Origin: Candidatus Latescibacterota bacterium
GTDB taxonomy: Bacteria > Latescibacterota > UBA2968 > GCA-2709665
Assembly (NCBI GenBank): GCA_965226795.1
Contig: CBDDDZ010000003.1
Location: 224,001 to 288,000 of the forward strand
DNA length: 64,000 nt
Direction of reading: 5' to 3'
The position numbers and the translations under genes are program-made. The notes below the pieces were generated by a model. It did not search any database and had not been told where the DNA came from. It saw nothing but the letters and a program-made list of their open reading frames with translations. This document shows, one piece after another, positions 19,148 through 29,930 of the stretch. Each line of letters begins with the position of its first letter. Position 1 is the first letter of the stretch.

Positions 19148-19486
19148 ATGACGACACTCACTGAGAAAATTGACAGGCTGCCCGAGGCACGCCGGAAGAA
19201 AGTGGAGGAGCGAGCCAGGGCGCTGATTGCCGAAGAGATGTCGCTGCAGGATCTGCGAAAGGCTCGAAAGTGGACGCAGGTACGCGTAGCGAAGGAACTC
19301 GGGATCAACCAGGAGAACGTATCCCGTATCGAAAAGCGCAGCGATCTGCTGCTATCCACGCTCAGTGGCTACGTGGAAGCGATGGGCGGAACATTGCGCC
19401 TGGTGGTGGAATTCCCGGACCGACCGCCCATCGCGCTGACTGGCATCTCGGCCCTGGACAAGGAGGACTTTCAGACAAAGCCTTAA
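19148..19486 (+). CDS. XRE-family antitoxin (HigA-like)
   Basis: AGGAGG RBS; SLQDLRKARKWTQVRVAKELGINQENVSRIEKRSDLLLSTL...YVEAMGG. Confidence 0.85.
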   Translation: MTTLTEKIDRLPEARRKKVEERARALIAEEMSLQDLRKARKWTQVRVAKELGINQENVSRIEKRSDLLLSTLSGYVEAMGGTLRLVVEFPDRPPIALTGISALDKEDFQTKP

Positions 19487-19522
19487 AGTTCCCGCGAAAG
19501 GAGTGGACCACTGCCGTCCTCC

Positions 19523-21334
19523 CTACAGCGTAGAAACCGTCGCAGACGGGGGACCCTCATTCGGAGGTCGCCGGTAGTCCACGGCGGTGATCCGATAGAA
19601 AAAAGATCCGGATGCCGTACCCCGATCCACGTACCGCGTGGTGTCCAGAGGGGCCTCGTTCAGCGGCGCGAACGGCCCTTCCGGCCCGGTGGCCCGGTAC
19701 ACAATGTACCCTTTAAGCCCTGTAAGCGCCGTGCCGTCGGCATCGGTTTCCGGACGGCGCCACGAAATCCGCGCGTCCGGTCCACTGCAAACGACTTCGA
19801 GGTGCAGCGGTGCGCCAGGCGCCCACCTGTCGTACGCCTGCATGGATATGCCCAGCATCGCGGCCGTCACGGCAATATGTGCCGGTCCGTCGTGAACTGA
19901 AACCTCCTTTTCGAAGTACGCGGCCATCGATTCCCAGATCTGGTAGTCGTACCCGGCCAGATAGAGAAAACCCCACCCCCTCCAGCCCCGTTCCGCGTCG
20001 TGCTTACCTGGAGGGCCGCCTATGTAGTACCTGAACTCCGGCACCTCCAGGCTCCCGTTCCAGACATGGTGGACAAACGTGTTGGCCATCCTCTCGAGGT
20101 CCTTCGGGGCGAAACCCAGTCCGCTTTTCACGCCCTGCAACGCCACTTGAATATCGATAAAGGCATGCCCGACATCCTCCATCAGTTCGGGCCAGTGGCT
20201 TTCGGGACCGTATTTCCAGGTGTAAGCGTCCGCTTCCGGATCGTACAGCAGTTGATCGTGGAAGAACCGCATCATCTGCTCGCTCTGTTCAGCGTAAAAC
20301 GGTACAAACCCTTCTTTGTACGGCTTGTAGTACGGCGACCTGGTCAAGCGACGGAGCGTTACCAGCGCATCCGTAAACGACAGAAACATATTCAGCGGTT
20401 GGTGCTTCCACCCGGACCATTCGTACACGTGGTATCCTGCGTCCTCGCCATAGCGGCTGTTGTCCTCTACCGTCCACCCCGGGCCCGGCGCCCAGTTGGC
20501 GTACCACTTGGCAATCACGTCCTCTTCCACAACGCGCAGGAAATCATCCGCTTTGGCCCTGTAGGCTGCGTGTAAGGACGGATCCTCCCAGACCAGCTCC
20601 ACAAATGCCAGGATCGGACTGACAATCAACCCATCGTCGGAAAACCATTCGGTGTATTCGGGACTGTACTGGCGGTACCGGTTCTGCCCCCAGCCCCTGT
20701 ATCCGTCCACGTATCGGTGATCGTAGACTTCATAGGGCGGCACGTCAGTGCGGGCTATCAGAATGCGATCGATATGACTTACCAGTTTGTCCAGCCAGAC
20801 GGTTTCTTTGAATGTCCCGTAGAGGTTCAGGTACATCCTCTGCACGTAGGCCGAAGGACCCCAGGCGAACGACCCTCCATCGCGGCCGTCCAGATAATTG
20901 TCCCCGAATGTTTGATCCCACGTCAAAAAAGCCGCGTACCAGTCGGTACTCGTGGGTCCTTCGAACGTTACGGCCGGACGTTTCTTTGCAACGGCGGCGA
21001 TATCCGGCCCGGACGGTGGAGTCTCCGGCTCGCCCGCTTCAGACGCTGACTTATGCGGCTCCCCTTGCAACCTCGGCCCGGGAGAGGCGATCTCGTGCCG
21101 CTTGACGGTAACCCTACCTGACGGAAACGCCACGGCCGCCCACCCCGGCAGGGTCTTCCCAACGGCACATTTCGGCGTCGACGCGAGTACGCCAGGTTTA
21201 TCGACTGCATTGACGTAGGCACCTTGAACGGCGCCCGCGAAAGGGACGTCCATCCACACGAACACAACGGGCAAAAACGCGCAGAGACAGAGACGTAGCG
21301 GAAAGACAATCGGCGTATGTCCGATGTTTACCAT
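19523..21334 (-). CDS. Secreted protein with aromatic-rich helical core and C-terminal fibronectin type III-like domain
   Basis: Signal-like N-terminus; C-terminal ISW...GYIVYRA...YVD...YRITAVD...NEG. Confidence 0.7.
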   Translation of the reverse strand: MVNIGHTPIVFPLRLCLCAFLPVVFVWMDVPFAGAVQGAYVNAVDKPGVLASTPKCAVGKTLPGWAAVAFPSGRVTVKRHEIASPGPRLQGEPHKSASEAGEPETPPSGPDIAAVAKKRPAVTFEGPTSTDWYAAFLTWDQTFGDNYLDGRDGGSFAWGPSAYVQRMYLNLYGTFKETVWLDKLVSHIDRILIARTDVPPYEVYDHRYVDGYRGWGQNRYRQYSPEYTEWFSDDGLIVSPILAFVELVWEDPSLHAAYRAKADDFLRVVEEDVIAKWYANWAPGPGWTVEDNSRYGEDAGYHVYEWSGWKHQPLNMFLSFTDALVTLRRLTRSPYYKPYKEGFVPFYAEQSEQMMRFFHDQLLYDPEADAYTWKYGPESHWPELMEDVGHAFIDIQVALQGVKSGLGFAPKDLERMANTFVHHVWNGSLEVPEFRYYIGGPPGKHDAERGWRGWGFLYLAGYDYQIWESMAAYFEKEVSVHDGPAHIAVTAAMLGISMQAYDRWAPGAPLHLEVVCSGPDARISWRRPETDADGTALTGLKGYIVYRATGPEGPFAPLNEAPLDTTRYVDRGTASGSFFYRITAVDYRRPPNEGPPSATVSTL

Positions 21335-21471
21335 CGGACGATACCTCGCGCAATGTACATCGGTCGGTCGTCCTTCATAAGATGACCCGCCCGGATGGAT
21401 AAAGCCTGTACATCGTGAATAATGACACTGCCCGCTTAACGTCAGTTTCGCGACGACTTCCCCGACCTCGA

Positions 21472-22554
21472 CTACGGTCTGTATATCAGGATATGATCCG
21501 TTGCCTCGAGGTCCTTCAATCCACCAACAATCAGCACACGGCCGTCGCGAAGGAGCGTTGTCGTATATAACGCGCGGTTTTCATCTATGCTGTCTCCGGT
21601 AGGACCAAACGCGCCGGTGGCCGGATCGTAAAGAACGACCTCGCCGCTATGTCCGATGATAAACACGCTGCCCGATGGTAGCAGAGTAGCCGCGCGAATC
21701 GGTTCGATTCCGGGGTCCCCTTCGGATGAAAACGTCCCCGTCGCGGGGTCATATCGCTCGGCGGCCGTTACCGACGCTTCAGACCCCTCATCGCCTGTGC
21801 TCCCGCCAATGATCAACACGCTGCCGTCCGGAAGAAGAATCGCTCGGTGTCCTCGCCGTTCGTATTTAAGGTCGCCTGTGGGGGTAAGCGTATTGGACGA
21901 CGGATCGTAGATTTCGGATTCTTTGACCATGCCCTCTGCATTGCCGCCGCCGACAATGAGTACCCGCCCATCCCGCAACAGAGTCGCCGTATGTCCTGCG
22001 CGAACAACAACCGTCTCCGGAAGTGACGTGAAGTTCCCCGTGTTCGGGTCGAAGATGGCGACGCCCAATGAAGAATAGGTGAGGATCTTCCCATTGGGCA
22101 GTAACGTCATCGACGAGATTATCGCAAATGCGGGATCAAAGGGTGCTGCCGTGAACCGCCCGGTATTCGGATTGAAAAATTCCAGCGGGGCCTGTTGAGC
22201 GCCTGCGAATAGCACCCAGCCGTCCGGCAGCAGTATTCCCATGTCGCGTGTTCGAGCAGAGGACATGTTGCCCCCTCTGCTCGAGGTCCCCGTTGCCGGA
22301 TCGAATATTTCCGTGCTGGCACGAAACATGGACGAAGGCGCATAACCCGGGCTCTCCGTTGCGGCGCCGCCCGTGATCAAAACCTTGCCGTCCTGCAACA
22401 ATACCGACGCGTGCCAGAATCGCCTTTCCGTCATTTTTCCGGCGACTTCAAAACCCTTCAGATCGCTCGAGACCTCCGGGGACGTCGGCACGGTTCCGCC
22501 GCAACCCATAAGGCTCGAGACGATTAACAACGCGGATACCATTCTAACGGACAT
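21472..22554 (-). CDS. Kelch-repeat lipoprotein, paralog 2
   Basis: LMGC lipobox; GHTATLLRDGRVLIVGG repeats. Confidence 0.88.
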   Translation of the reverse strand: MSVRMVSALLIVSSLMGCGGTVPTSPEVSSDLKGFEVAGKMTERRFWHASVLLQDGKVLITGGAATESPGYAPSSMFRASTEIFDPATGTSSRGGNMSSARTRDMGILLPDGWVLFAGAQQAPLEFFNPNTGRFTAAPFDPAFAIISSMTLLPNGKILTYSSLGVAIFDPNTGNFTSLPETVVVRAGHTATLLRDGRVLIVGGGNAEGMVKESEIYDPSSNTLTPTGDLKYERRGHRAILLPDGSVLIIGGSTGDEGSEASVTAAERYDPATGTFSSEGDPGIEPIRAATLLPSGSVFIIGHSGEVVLYDPATGAFGPTGDSIDENRALYTTTLLRDGRVLIVGGLKDLEATDHILIYRP

Positions 22555-22589
22555 TTGGTGTCCTTCCCCGGCGCAGGGCGAATTTGCTG

Positions 22590-24563
22590 TCACGATTTAT
22601 TTTGTTCCTGACTGGCCGCCCGCTCCCGCACCATTTCGTACCCCTCAAACAGATCCCGCGCCACCGTCCCCTGCGCCTGGCGAGGCGGCTCGGCCCCCAG
22701 GATCCGGCAGAAAGTCGGCACGACGTCGGCGGCGTGGATGTATCCCAGTTTGTCCACCGGCCGCTCGTAGCCTCGCTTCACGCCCGGCCCGGCCAGCAAC
22801 CACGAACCAAAGCTGGACGAGGCCTCACTTTGGGTCGGCAAAAAACCCCCGTGGTGCGCCCCGAACACATTGGGCGCTCCAACGCAGCCCCCGCCCGCAA
22901 TGCCCCGCCACTGGCCGTAGTACCCGCTCACGTACCCGTGGTCCCAGGTAAAGACCACGTCTCCGCATTGGTCTCCCCACTGCCCGAGGATGTACGCGTC
23001 CCGCCGAGGCAGGGCTACGGCCACTGGATTGCGGCCCACTTCCCGGTCAACCCACGTTCGCAGGGCCAGCAGCAACTCGGCCTCAATCCGGTCGAATTCC
23101 GGTCCCGGCCCGGCGTTGATAAAAATGTCGAACCCCTTGTCGTCCTTGAGATAGGCCCGGGTGCGTTCCCAGTCGATATCCTCCTCGCGCACCTGATCTC
23201 GCACCAGCCCCTCTTCCCCGCCGCCTTTGAGCGCCAGAAAGCCCTGCTCGTGCAAAAATTGCCGGATATTGGCCACCCGCACATCGGGCGAGCACCCATG
23301 GTCGGACACCACGCCCACGTACGTATGCTCGTCCGCGTCCTCCCACAGCCGTCCCAAAATGCGGTCCCCCACCTGATAAGCCCGCCGAAAGTAGTCCACG
23401 TACTGTTCGGCGCGCTCAGCTTCGTACCCAGGGCACACAGGGTCCACGTCCCCGAGGTGGATGTGGTTGAGGTAATCGTATAGATGCCAATGGCAGATAA
23501 AAAAGGAACAGCCCCGCTCGTGCAGCATGTGGCGGGCGACCTCGGCAAACCACATTCCCTGGTACTCGCATTCGTCCAGGGCCGTGTCAAAATCGGCCAT
23601 CCCTGTGGTATAGGGCAACATGGAGGCGTGTTCCTGATACGGGCCGAAGCGGTCCACCAGTTCCCCGGCCAACTCGTCGGGCACAGTGAAGCCATCGGTA
23701 TAAGTCACCTGGGTGCGGTAGAGCTTGAGTCGGCTGCCGTCCGCGGCCAGGTCCATCAGCTTGAAGCGCAGCGACGCCGGGCGTTTGTTCCCGTCGATGG
23801 CAAAGTCCTCCACCGCCCACTCGCTCCATTCCCCCACTCCGGCAACAGCGATGCAACTGGCCCCGTCCCGGTCCCGGCACACCAGCACCCGGTCGTAGCC
23901 CCTCCCGGCACTGTCCACCACCAGCAAGTAGAACGCGGAGACATCCCCTCCCAACCGGGCTACCACCTCAAGGCAACTCTCCAGCGGCGGGGCCATGCTC
24001 CCGGGCAGGTTCCGCCAATCCTGAGCCGGTGTCAGCGGTGGAATCGGCTCGACGCTGCGCTGGGCCTGCCGCACCGCCGTGCCATCGTGGTCCATCTCGA
24101 TGGCTTCCTCCAGCGCAGCGTCCGTGGTATAGGCCTGGCAGGTAGCTACTTCAAAATCCGTGCTGCAGTGTCCGGGATGGCCAAAGCCGTCCACGACAAA
24201 GCCCGTTTCCACCCCGGAAGGATGGGCGGCCGGATAGTGTACGGCTACGCTCTGCATGCCCGCCCGCTCCAGGGCATTCCATATGCGCTCGGCATTGTTG
24301 GCCCGCCCGTCGAAACTGTCGATCCGCTGGCCCGGCGCGACTTCCACACGCCAGCGCGTCACCCCGTGCGTGCCCGTGTGCGCCCCCGTCGAAAGGGTGG
24401 CCCAGTTAGTCGGGGTCCACACCGGGAAAGAGGGCAGGGTCTGGTTGACCGCACCCTCGCGCAGCAGGCGCTCGAAGTGAGGCAAGGCTCCTTCCGCGGC
24501 GAATCGCTTCATCATCGGGACGATAAAGCCGTCCATGCCAAAGGCGTAAATTTTGTGTTCCAA
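22590..24563 (-). CDS. Alkaline phosphatase superfamily (nucleotide pyrophosphatase/phosphodiesterase) protein
   Basis: FGMDG, WTPTNWATLSTG, VSDHG, GAHHG; TTG start with GAGGAG RBS. Confidence 0.85.
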   Translation of the reverse strand: MEHKIYAFGMDGFIVPMMKRFAAEGALPHFERLLREGAVNQTLPSFPVWTPTNWATLSTGAHTGTHGVTRWRVEVAPGQRIDSFDGRANNAERIWNALERAGMQSVAVHYPAAHPSGVETGFVVDGFGHPGHCSTDFEVATCQAYTTDAALEEAIEMDHDGTAVRQAQRSVEPIPPLTPAQDWRNLPGSMAPPLESCLEVVARLGGDVSAFYLLVVDSAGRGYDRVLVCRDRDGASCIAVAGVGEWSEWAVEDFAIDGNKRPASLRFKLMDLAADGSRLKLYRTQVTYTDGFTVPDELAGELVDRFGPYQEHASMLPYTTGMADFDTALDECEYQGMWFAEVARHMLHERGCSFFICHWHLYDYLNHIHLGDVDPVCPGYEAERAEQYVDYFRRAYQVGDRILGRLWEDADEHTYVGVVSDHGCSPDVRVANIRQFLHEQGFLALKGGGEEGLVRDQVREEDIDWERTRAYLKDDKGFDIFINAGPGPEFDRIEAELLLALRTWVDREVGRNPVAVALPRRDAYILGQWGDQCGDVVFTWDHGYVSGYYGQWRGIAGGGCVGAPNVFGAHHGGFLPTQSEASSSFGSWLLAGPGVKRGYERPVDKLGYIHAADVVPTFCRILGAEPPRQAQGTVARDLFEGYEMVRERAASQEQNKS

Positions 24564-24723
24564 ATCTCCTCGTCCGGCAAAGAGTCGTTGGATGTTCAGA
24601 CAGTTAGCGGGATTTCCCCTCAGACACCAGCCGGATCGCCGCCATCTCTTGTCGCGGGGTCATCCGCTTATTGGCGAGTCTCCGCGCCCGGGATGGCATC
24701 GGGAAGACGTTCAGGGCAAGACC

Positions 24724-27700
24724 CTACTGCGCGAGGATAAAACTGGCCTTTTTCCGGGCCATTTCACCGCTCTTCATATCGATAACGGTTACGTTCAGGG
24801 CGTACTTGCCCGCGGGGCGGTTCTCCAGTTTGAGTTCCACGTACTCGACTTCCTGGGTGTCCACACCCTCCAGCTCGTAGGTAACTTCCAGTTCTTCCCG
24901 TTTGCCTTTCCTCCACCGGGTCAGGCTGGAGATGATACCGAGTGCGCCGTGTTTGTCATCTGACGTGACAGTGTAGGACACCTGGTAGTTCGTATGCCCG
25001 AATTCGTCCTGCGTCAGGTTGTAGATTTCGTAATAGACGAATACATTCTGTCCTACTCTGTACGTCCGCGTCGGCATCGGTATTACCCACAGCCTGCCTT
25101 TGTTGAACTTATCCTCGTTCTCGCTCCTGGAAATCCGCCATGCCATTTCCAGGTCGCTCATCTGGAGGCTCTTACGGTCATAGGACTCGATCTCAACGTC
25201 CTGCCGATACCGCCCGTGTTGTGCGGAAAGGTGATCTTTTATTTTAACTTCCATCCGGTAGAGCCCGGGGGGCACGTCCATGCGCGCGAGGTCCGGCACG
25301 AACGCGCTCCGTTCCCCGGTCACGTCCCCTTTCGCCGCAAAGTGTATCTTTTCCTCGCTCCGGTAGACCGCTCCGGTTGTCGGATTCCGCAGCGCCACGG
25401 TCCGGTCGACCTTTATCTCCGTCCGGTTGTCTTCGTCCAGATAGTGTCCCTGGTGACGCGGTATCCCCACGTAGACTTCAAGCGCCGTTGCGTAATCCCT
25501 TTTGCTTTTGAAATCAGCCGAGGCGAAATAGAATTCCATTGGCGACGTGTTTTTCGGCGGCACGTAGTAGTTCGGCTGTGCCGCGACGGCCATGCCGTAG
25601 ACGTTTTCCGGGCTGTAGCGGGTAAACATAGCCAGCCGGCGGGCGGGAATACCGGCATCCAGCGGTGCAGGCGCATAGTTGAAGGTACCGTTGTGGAATT
25701 CGTCGGTGAAGGTAATCTCGATTCCGCCACCTACGTTGACGTAAGTCCACGTCTCCCACGGGACCATCGAGCCGTCGTACCCCGCGGTGACCGGTCTGTA
25801 GGCCGCCCCTCTTCCCCTACCGCGCAGGCTGCGCACCGGGTAGACCGGACCCATATACGTTGCGCCGGCGCCACGCAGGCCGGCTCCGCTACGCGGCGAG
25901 CGGGGAGCCCCGTACAGCGCCATGGAAAGGCGTTCCTTTACCCGCTGAACCGCGAGGGATTGCTGGAAGTTCATGTTGTCAGAACTGGCCCGGTGGTTGG
26001 GCTCGCCGAACCGGATGTAGACTTCGCCGCGCTGGTCCCAGGGCTGCTTGCCTTCTGAGAAATTCTGCAAGGCGAACGACACGCGCCGATAATGCTCCAG
26101 GAGGCGTTCGTTGGCGGCCGTGGTCAGGTCCGGGTCCTGTTCCGACCAGAACCTTTCCACAAACGCGGGTCTGTCGGTCGCCGGGGTCTCGTCATATGCC
26201 GCGAGAGCCTCGGAAGATGCGATCAGCCGGATATCGTCGTAGTGCACCCGCTCGGCCTCATCGGCCCCCTCGAGATAGTCTCTGAAAAAGGCGGCGGCCC
26301 TGTCGTAGGCCTCAAGCTTCATGCAGGCCTGTGCGAGAATCGGCAGGACCTGGTCGTCTTCCGGATTCTGCACGGCGTAGTCCTCCAATACCTCCAGGAT
26401 ACGGCCGTAGTCCTTCGTTCTCAGGTAGATCGCTCCCAGCCGCTTCCGTCCCTCCGGGTCGTCGGGTCGCAGGCCCATATATTGAGCATAGTAGAGCGCG
26501 GCTTTTTCGTAGTCTTTCTCGAATTCCTCGACCCATTTCCCCATCAGCAGATAGGCGGGGGCATAGCGGGGGTCTATTGCCAGCACTTTTTTGATTTCCC
26601 TTCGCACGTCGTGTTCTTCCAGTTCGTGCCGTATATCGGCAATATTGAATCGGGCTTCCACGTGGTCCCGTTTGTACTGAAGGGCCTTCTGGAAATAGCG
26701 GATGGCGTCGTACGATCCTCTGGGCCATTTGCGATAGGTGAGACCCAGCCCGTAGTAGGCTTCAGCCAGTCTATGGTCGCATTCGATCGCGCGTTCGAAG
26801 GCTTTAATGGCGCGGACCAGCCTCCCGACCTCCAGGTAGGCGAACCCGAGCCTGCTGTGCGCGCGGGCGTAATCTTGCGCCACGCCGGCCAGAATTTCCA
26901 GGGTAGAGATCGCTCTGAGCGGCTCATGTGGGGTGAGTTCAATGCCGAGGGCGAGGAGGGAGTCGATCTGCGTCCTTCCCACGCGCCGGTCGACGGTACG
27001 GTAGCCCGCGCCGCTGCGGACGGATTCAACCAGGTAACCGTCGTGAAAGAAGCTGGTGGCAACGGCTTCGCCGCCCTCGGCTTCCGGACGGTATCCGTGC
27101 GCATAGCTGATCCGGCGGCCTTTTTCAGGATCCGCCGCTGAGCGAAACAGCGTTTTCATGACAATCGAGTCCGCCGGCGTCAGCGGTTGGGTTTCAATCC
27201 AGTTTTTGAGGGTCGCCAGGTCGGACGGCCGCTGGTTTTCATGGGCCCGTTCATAGGCGTAAACGAGGTCTCCGATAACGGTCAGATGGTCCCGGCAGAC
27301 CCAGCGTGCGCCGGGCGTTTTTTCGGCTTTCCTGGCCGTTGCGGCCAGGGCCTTTGCATAGGACAGGACTGGCTCCTCGTAGAGCCCGTGCTTATTTAAT
27401 CGTAGAGGCAGGGCCTCCCATTTCCGGGCGGCCTTAAGGTAACGGTCCACCGCCGAGCGGAATTCCCAGCGGTGCACGGTGTTGTACGCCAGGGCCGAGG
27501 CGTTGAACGCGGTCGCAACGCTCCACAGCACCGCCCTGGCCGGCGGACTCGGGGCCGGCGGGCTTCCGGCCTCGGCATCCGGCGGCGTTCCCGGTTCCAC
27601 GTCGACGGTGTCGGACAATCGTACGATGGAGCCATTGCGGATCGAGACTTCCCAGACATGGGATGGGACCAGCGGTACGGATCGTTCCGGCACCATGGTA

Positions 27701-28002
27701 AGACTATGCAACGGGACTCTTAAGGGCGTGTCCCGATAGCGAAGTCGTTCCCCGCGTGCAACCCACGCCAGCCGCCCGGGGCGCCCTGGAAAGGTGCCGA
27801 GATGGCGAGGCGGGCTTCCCCCGGTTTCGACCCAGATTTCGGTAATGGCAGAGGAACCCGTTTCCAGCCCGATAGCCCACGCGGTATTCCCTTCGCTGGA
27901 AGTAGATATCGCGGTCTGACGAATTTCCGCATTGAGATCCGTAAGTGCAAAAACCGCGGAAATAATCACGGCCGAAAACATCATCAAGGACCGCCGTTTC
28001 AC
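24724..28002 (-). CDS. Secreted TPR + GWxTD domain protein 1
   Basis: TPR array; FWSEQDPDLTTAANERLLEHYRRV...PWDQRGEVYIRFGEP; start uncertain (27984-28125). Confidence 0.85.
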   Translation of the reverse strand: MKRRSLMMFSAVIISAVFALTDLNAEIRQTAISTSSEGNTAWAIGLETGSSAITEIWVETGGSPPRHLGTFPGRPGRLAWVARGERLRYRDTPLRVPLHSLTMVPERSVPLVPSHVWEVSIRNGSIVRLSDTVDVEPGTPPDAEAGSPPAPSPPARAVLWSVATAFNASALAYNTVHRWEFRSAVDRYLKAARKWEALPLRLNKHGLYEEPVLSYAKALAATARKAEKTPGARWVCRDHLTVIGDLVYAYERAHENQRPSDLATLKNWIETQPLTPADSIVMKTLFRSAADPEKGRRISYAHGYRPEAEGGEAVATSFFHDGYLVESVRSGAGYRTVDRRVGRTQIDSLLALGIELTPHEPLRAISTLEILAGVAQDYARAHSRLGFAYLEVGRLVRAIKAFERAIECDHRLAEAYYGLGLTYRKWPRGSYDAIRYFQKALQYKRDHVEARFNIADIRHELEEHDVRREIKKVLAIDPRYAPAYLLMGKWVEEFEKDYEKAALYYAQYMGLRPDDPEGRKRLGAIYLRTKDYGRILEVLEDYAVQNPEDDQVLPILAQACMKLEAYDRAAAFFRDYLEGADEAERVHYDDIRLIASSEALAAYDETPATDRPAFVERFWSEQDPDLTTAANERLLEHYRRVSFALQNFSEGKQPWDQRGEVYIRFGEPNHRASSDNMNFQQSLAVQRVKERLSMALYGAPRSPRSGAGLRGAGATYMGPVYPVRSLRGRGRGAAYRPVTAGYDGSMVPWETWTYVNVGGGIEITFTDEFHNGTFNYAPAPLDAGIPARRLAMFTRYSPENVYGMAVAAQPNYYVPPKNTSPMEFYFASADFKSKRDYATALEVYVGIPRHQGHYLDEDNRTEIKVDRTVALRNPTTGAVYRSEEKIHFAAKGDVTGERSAFVPDLARMDVPPGLYRMEVKIKDHLSAQHGRYRQDVEIESYDRKSLQMSDLEMAWRISRSENEDKFNKGRLWVIPMPTRTYRVGQNVFVYYEIYNLTQDEFGHTNYQVSYTVTSDDKHGALGIISSLTRWRKGKREELEVTYELEGVDTQEVEYVELKLENRPAGKYALNVTVIDMKSGEMARKKASFILAQ

Positions 28003-28228
28003 ACGCACAAATCCGCCAACTGGTCGCATTTCGTCTATCCTTTTCCGGCAAATAGCGATCGAACGCCGACTCTTGTTCCAGGCCGGGAAGACGTCTCCTC
28101 CTCCTATTCCGTCGTCTCGCCACACCTCCGTTCCGATTCAGCAAGATATGCGATTTTGTGCGACAGAGCAAAGGCTTTGCGAATAAACTACCGGTGTTCT
28201 ATCGGAATTGGTAGGGGTTCGCAGCGCG

Positions 28229-28359
28229 TGTCATTCTGAGCGCAGCCGAAGCGGGAGCGGTTGTGCTGCATTTCAGGTCGGACCGAATGCCAGACGCTCT
28301 GGCATGATCCCATGCCGCAGGAGATGCTTCGTCGGCCTGGCGCCCTCCTCAGCATGACA
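28229..28359. repeat. Family D palindromic element
   Basis: TGTCATTCTGAG ... CTCAGCATGACA terminal inverted pair. Confidence 0.7.
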
Positions 28360-28410
28360 TTCGGGGCCAACGAATGGCGGATGCATTACCCTGATTGTTA
28401 TTAGATAACA

Positions 28411-28606
28411 TGTCATTCTGAGCGCAGTCGAAGAATCTCCCGAAACGAGGTCATTGCCTGCGATGCTTGTGCTGAGCCTGTCGAAGCAAGCTTGTCGAAA
28501 TGTGTACGCTGAGCCTGTCGAAGCGCCCGCGTTTCGCTACCCTTCGACTGCCTTTCACCGACCCTTCGACCCTTCGACAGGCTCAGGGACCGCAAGCTCA
28601 GGGTGC
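28411..28606. repeat. Family D nested palindromic element
   Basis: Several CTGAGCCTGTCGAAG / CTTCGACAGGCTCAG units; near-identical block at 47853-47925. Confidence 0.75.
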
Positions 28607-28746
28607 AGGCGCTCAACTGTGGATGCCCCGAGCGATGTACATCTCATCTCTACCTATCTCCATCAATCCCTCCAGGTCACAAATTCACATCAATTACAGT
28701 CTCTTCATGCGGTTTAATCACAGTTCTTCACCATAATCATAGTAAA

Positions 28747-29841
28747 TCACAGTCCAGGGGTGTAGATCAAGACTTCGTCCGTCGATTCCAGGTCTTTTAG
28801 GCCGCCGGAAATCATGATCCGGCCTTCGTTCAGGGGCGTAACGGTATAAAACGATCGGCTCTGACCGATGCCGTGTCCTGTACCTGTGGCAGTACCTGTG
28901 GTTGGATCATAAATCGCCACGTCTCCCCCACTCAAGAGAAACACTTTGTCCGTCGGCAACAGGAAGGCGGTGTGGATAGATGGGAATCCTGTATCGCCTG
29001 CCGGCACAAACGCACCTGTTGCGGGGTCATACAATTCGGCCGACTGTACATACTGTACGTTCTCTGGTGTGATATCGCCCTTTTTCCCGCCAATGATTAA
29101 CACCCTTCCGTCCTGGAGACGCATTGCTTCGTGTCCCCACCGTTCGTCGTTCAATTCGCCGGCTTCCGTAAATGCATTGGACGACGGGTCGTAGATTTCA
29201 GTTCCTTTGACCAGTCCGGCGGCATTGAATCCTCCGGCGATGAGAACGCGGCCATCGCGCAGAAGGGTGGCCGTATGGGACGATCGGGGAGTGATCATCC
29301 TTTTTGCAGGCGTGAATTTCCAGGTATCCGGATCCAGAATACCCGCGTTGCCGTGTGCATCGGTGGTGAACATATCTCCTGTCGAGAGTATCGTGGTCGC
29401 CGCAGCCCTACGCAATTCGGGCACGTCTGCAAGGACTGCGAATCGCCCGGCATGGGGGTCATAAATCTCTGCGGGATAAAGAGGGCAGCCTTTTATGAGA
29501 ACTCGGCCGTCCTGCAGCAGGATTGCTTTGTGCTGTGTGCGGGCTTGCGACATGTTTCCCGTTGCTGACGAGGTCCCATTTGCCGGATTGAATATTTCCG
29601 CCGTGTCGTGGCTGAACTCTGGAGACGAATGGCCGGGTCTGTCGGTTTCAAATCCGCCGGTGATGAGTACCCGACCGTCCTTCAGTTGCGTCGACGTATG
29701 GAGAAACCGAGTCTGCGTCATGGTTCCGGAAAATTCAAAACCGTTCAGGTCGGTGGGTGGTTCCGAGGGTGTGGGCGGAATACCGCCGCAGGCCCAGAAG
29801 CTTATGGCAAGAAACAGCATAGTCACAGATTTGGCTGGCAT
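28747..29841 (-). CDS. Kelch-repeat lipoprotein, paralog 3
   Basis: FWAC lipobox; SHTATLLRDGRVLIAGG; GGAGG RBS. Confidence 0.88.
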   Translation of the reverse strand: MPAKSVTMLFLAISFWACGGIPPTPSEPPTDLNGFEFSGTMTQTRFLHTSTQLKDGRVLITGGFETDRPGHSSPEFSHDTAEIFNPANGTSSATGNMSQARTQHKAILLQDGRVLIKGCPLYPAEIYDPHAGRFAVLADVPELRRAAATTILSTGDMFTTDAHGNAGILDPDTWKFTPAKRMITPRSSHTATLLRDGRVLIAGGFNAAGLVKGTEIYDPSSNAFTEAGELNDERWGHEAMRLQDGRVLIIGGKKGDITPENVQYVQSAELYDPATGAFVPAGDTGFPSIHTAFLLPTDKVFLLSGGDVAIYDPTTGTATGTGHGIGQSRSFYTVTPLNEGRIMISGGLKDLESTDEVLIYTPGL

Positions 29842-29930
29842 GTTATATCCTCCGGCTTATTCCGATACGTGTAATCTATCGATCTTCTTTCAACAACCGC
29901 TTGTGGCGCTTCCCCCTGGTGCCTCCCTGT

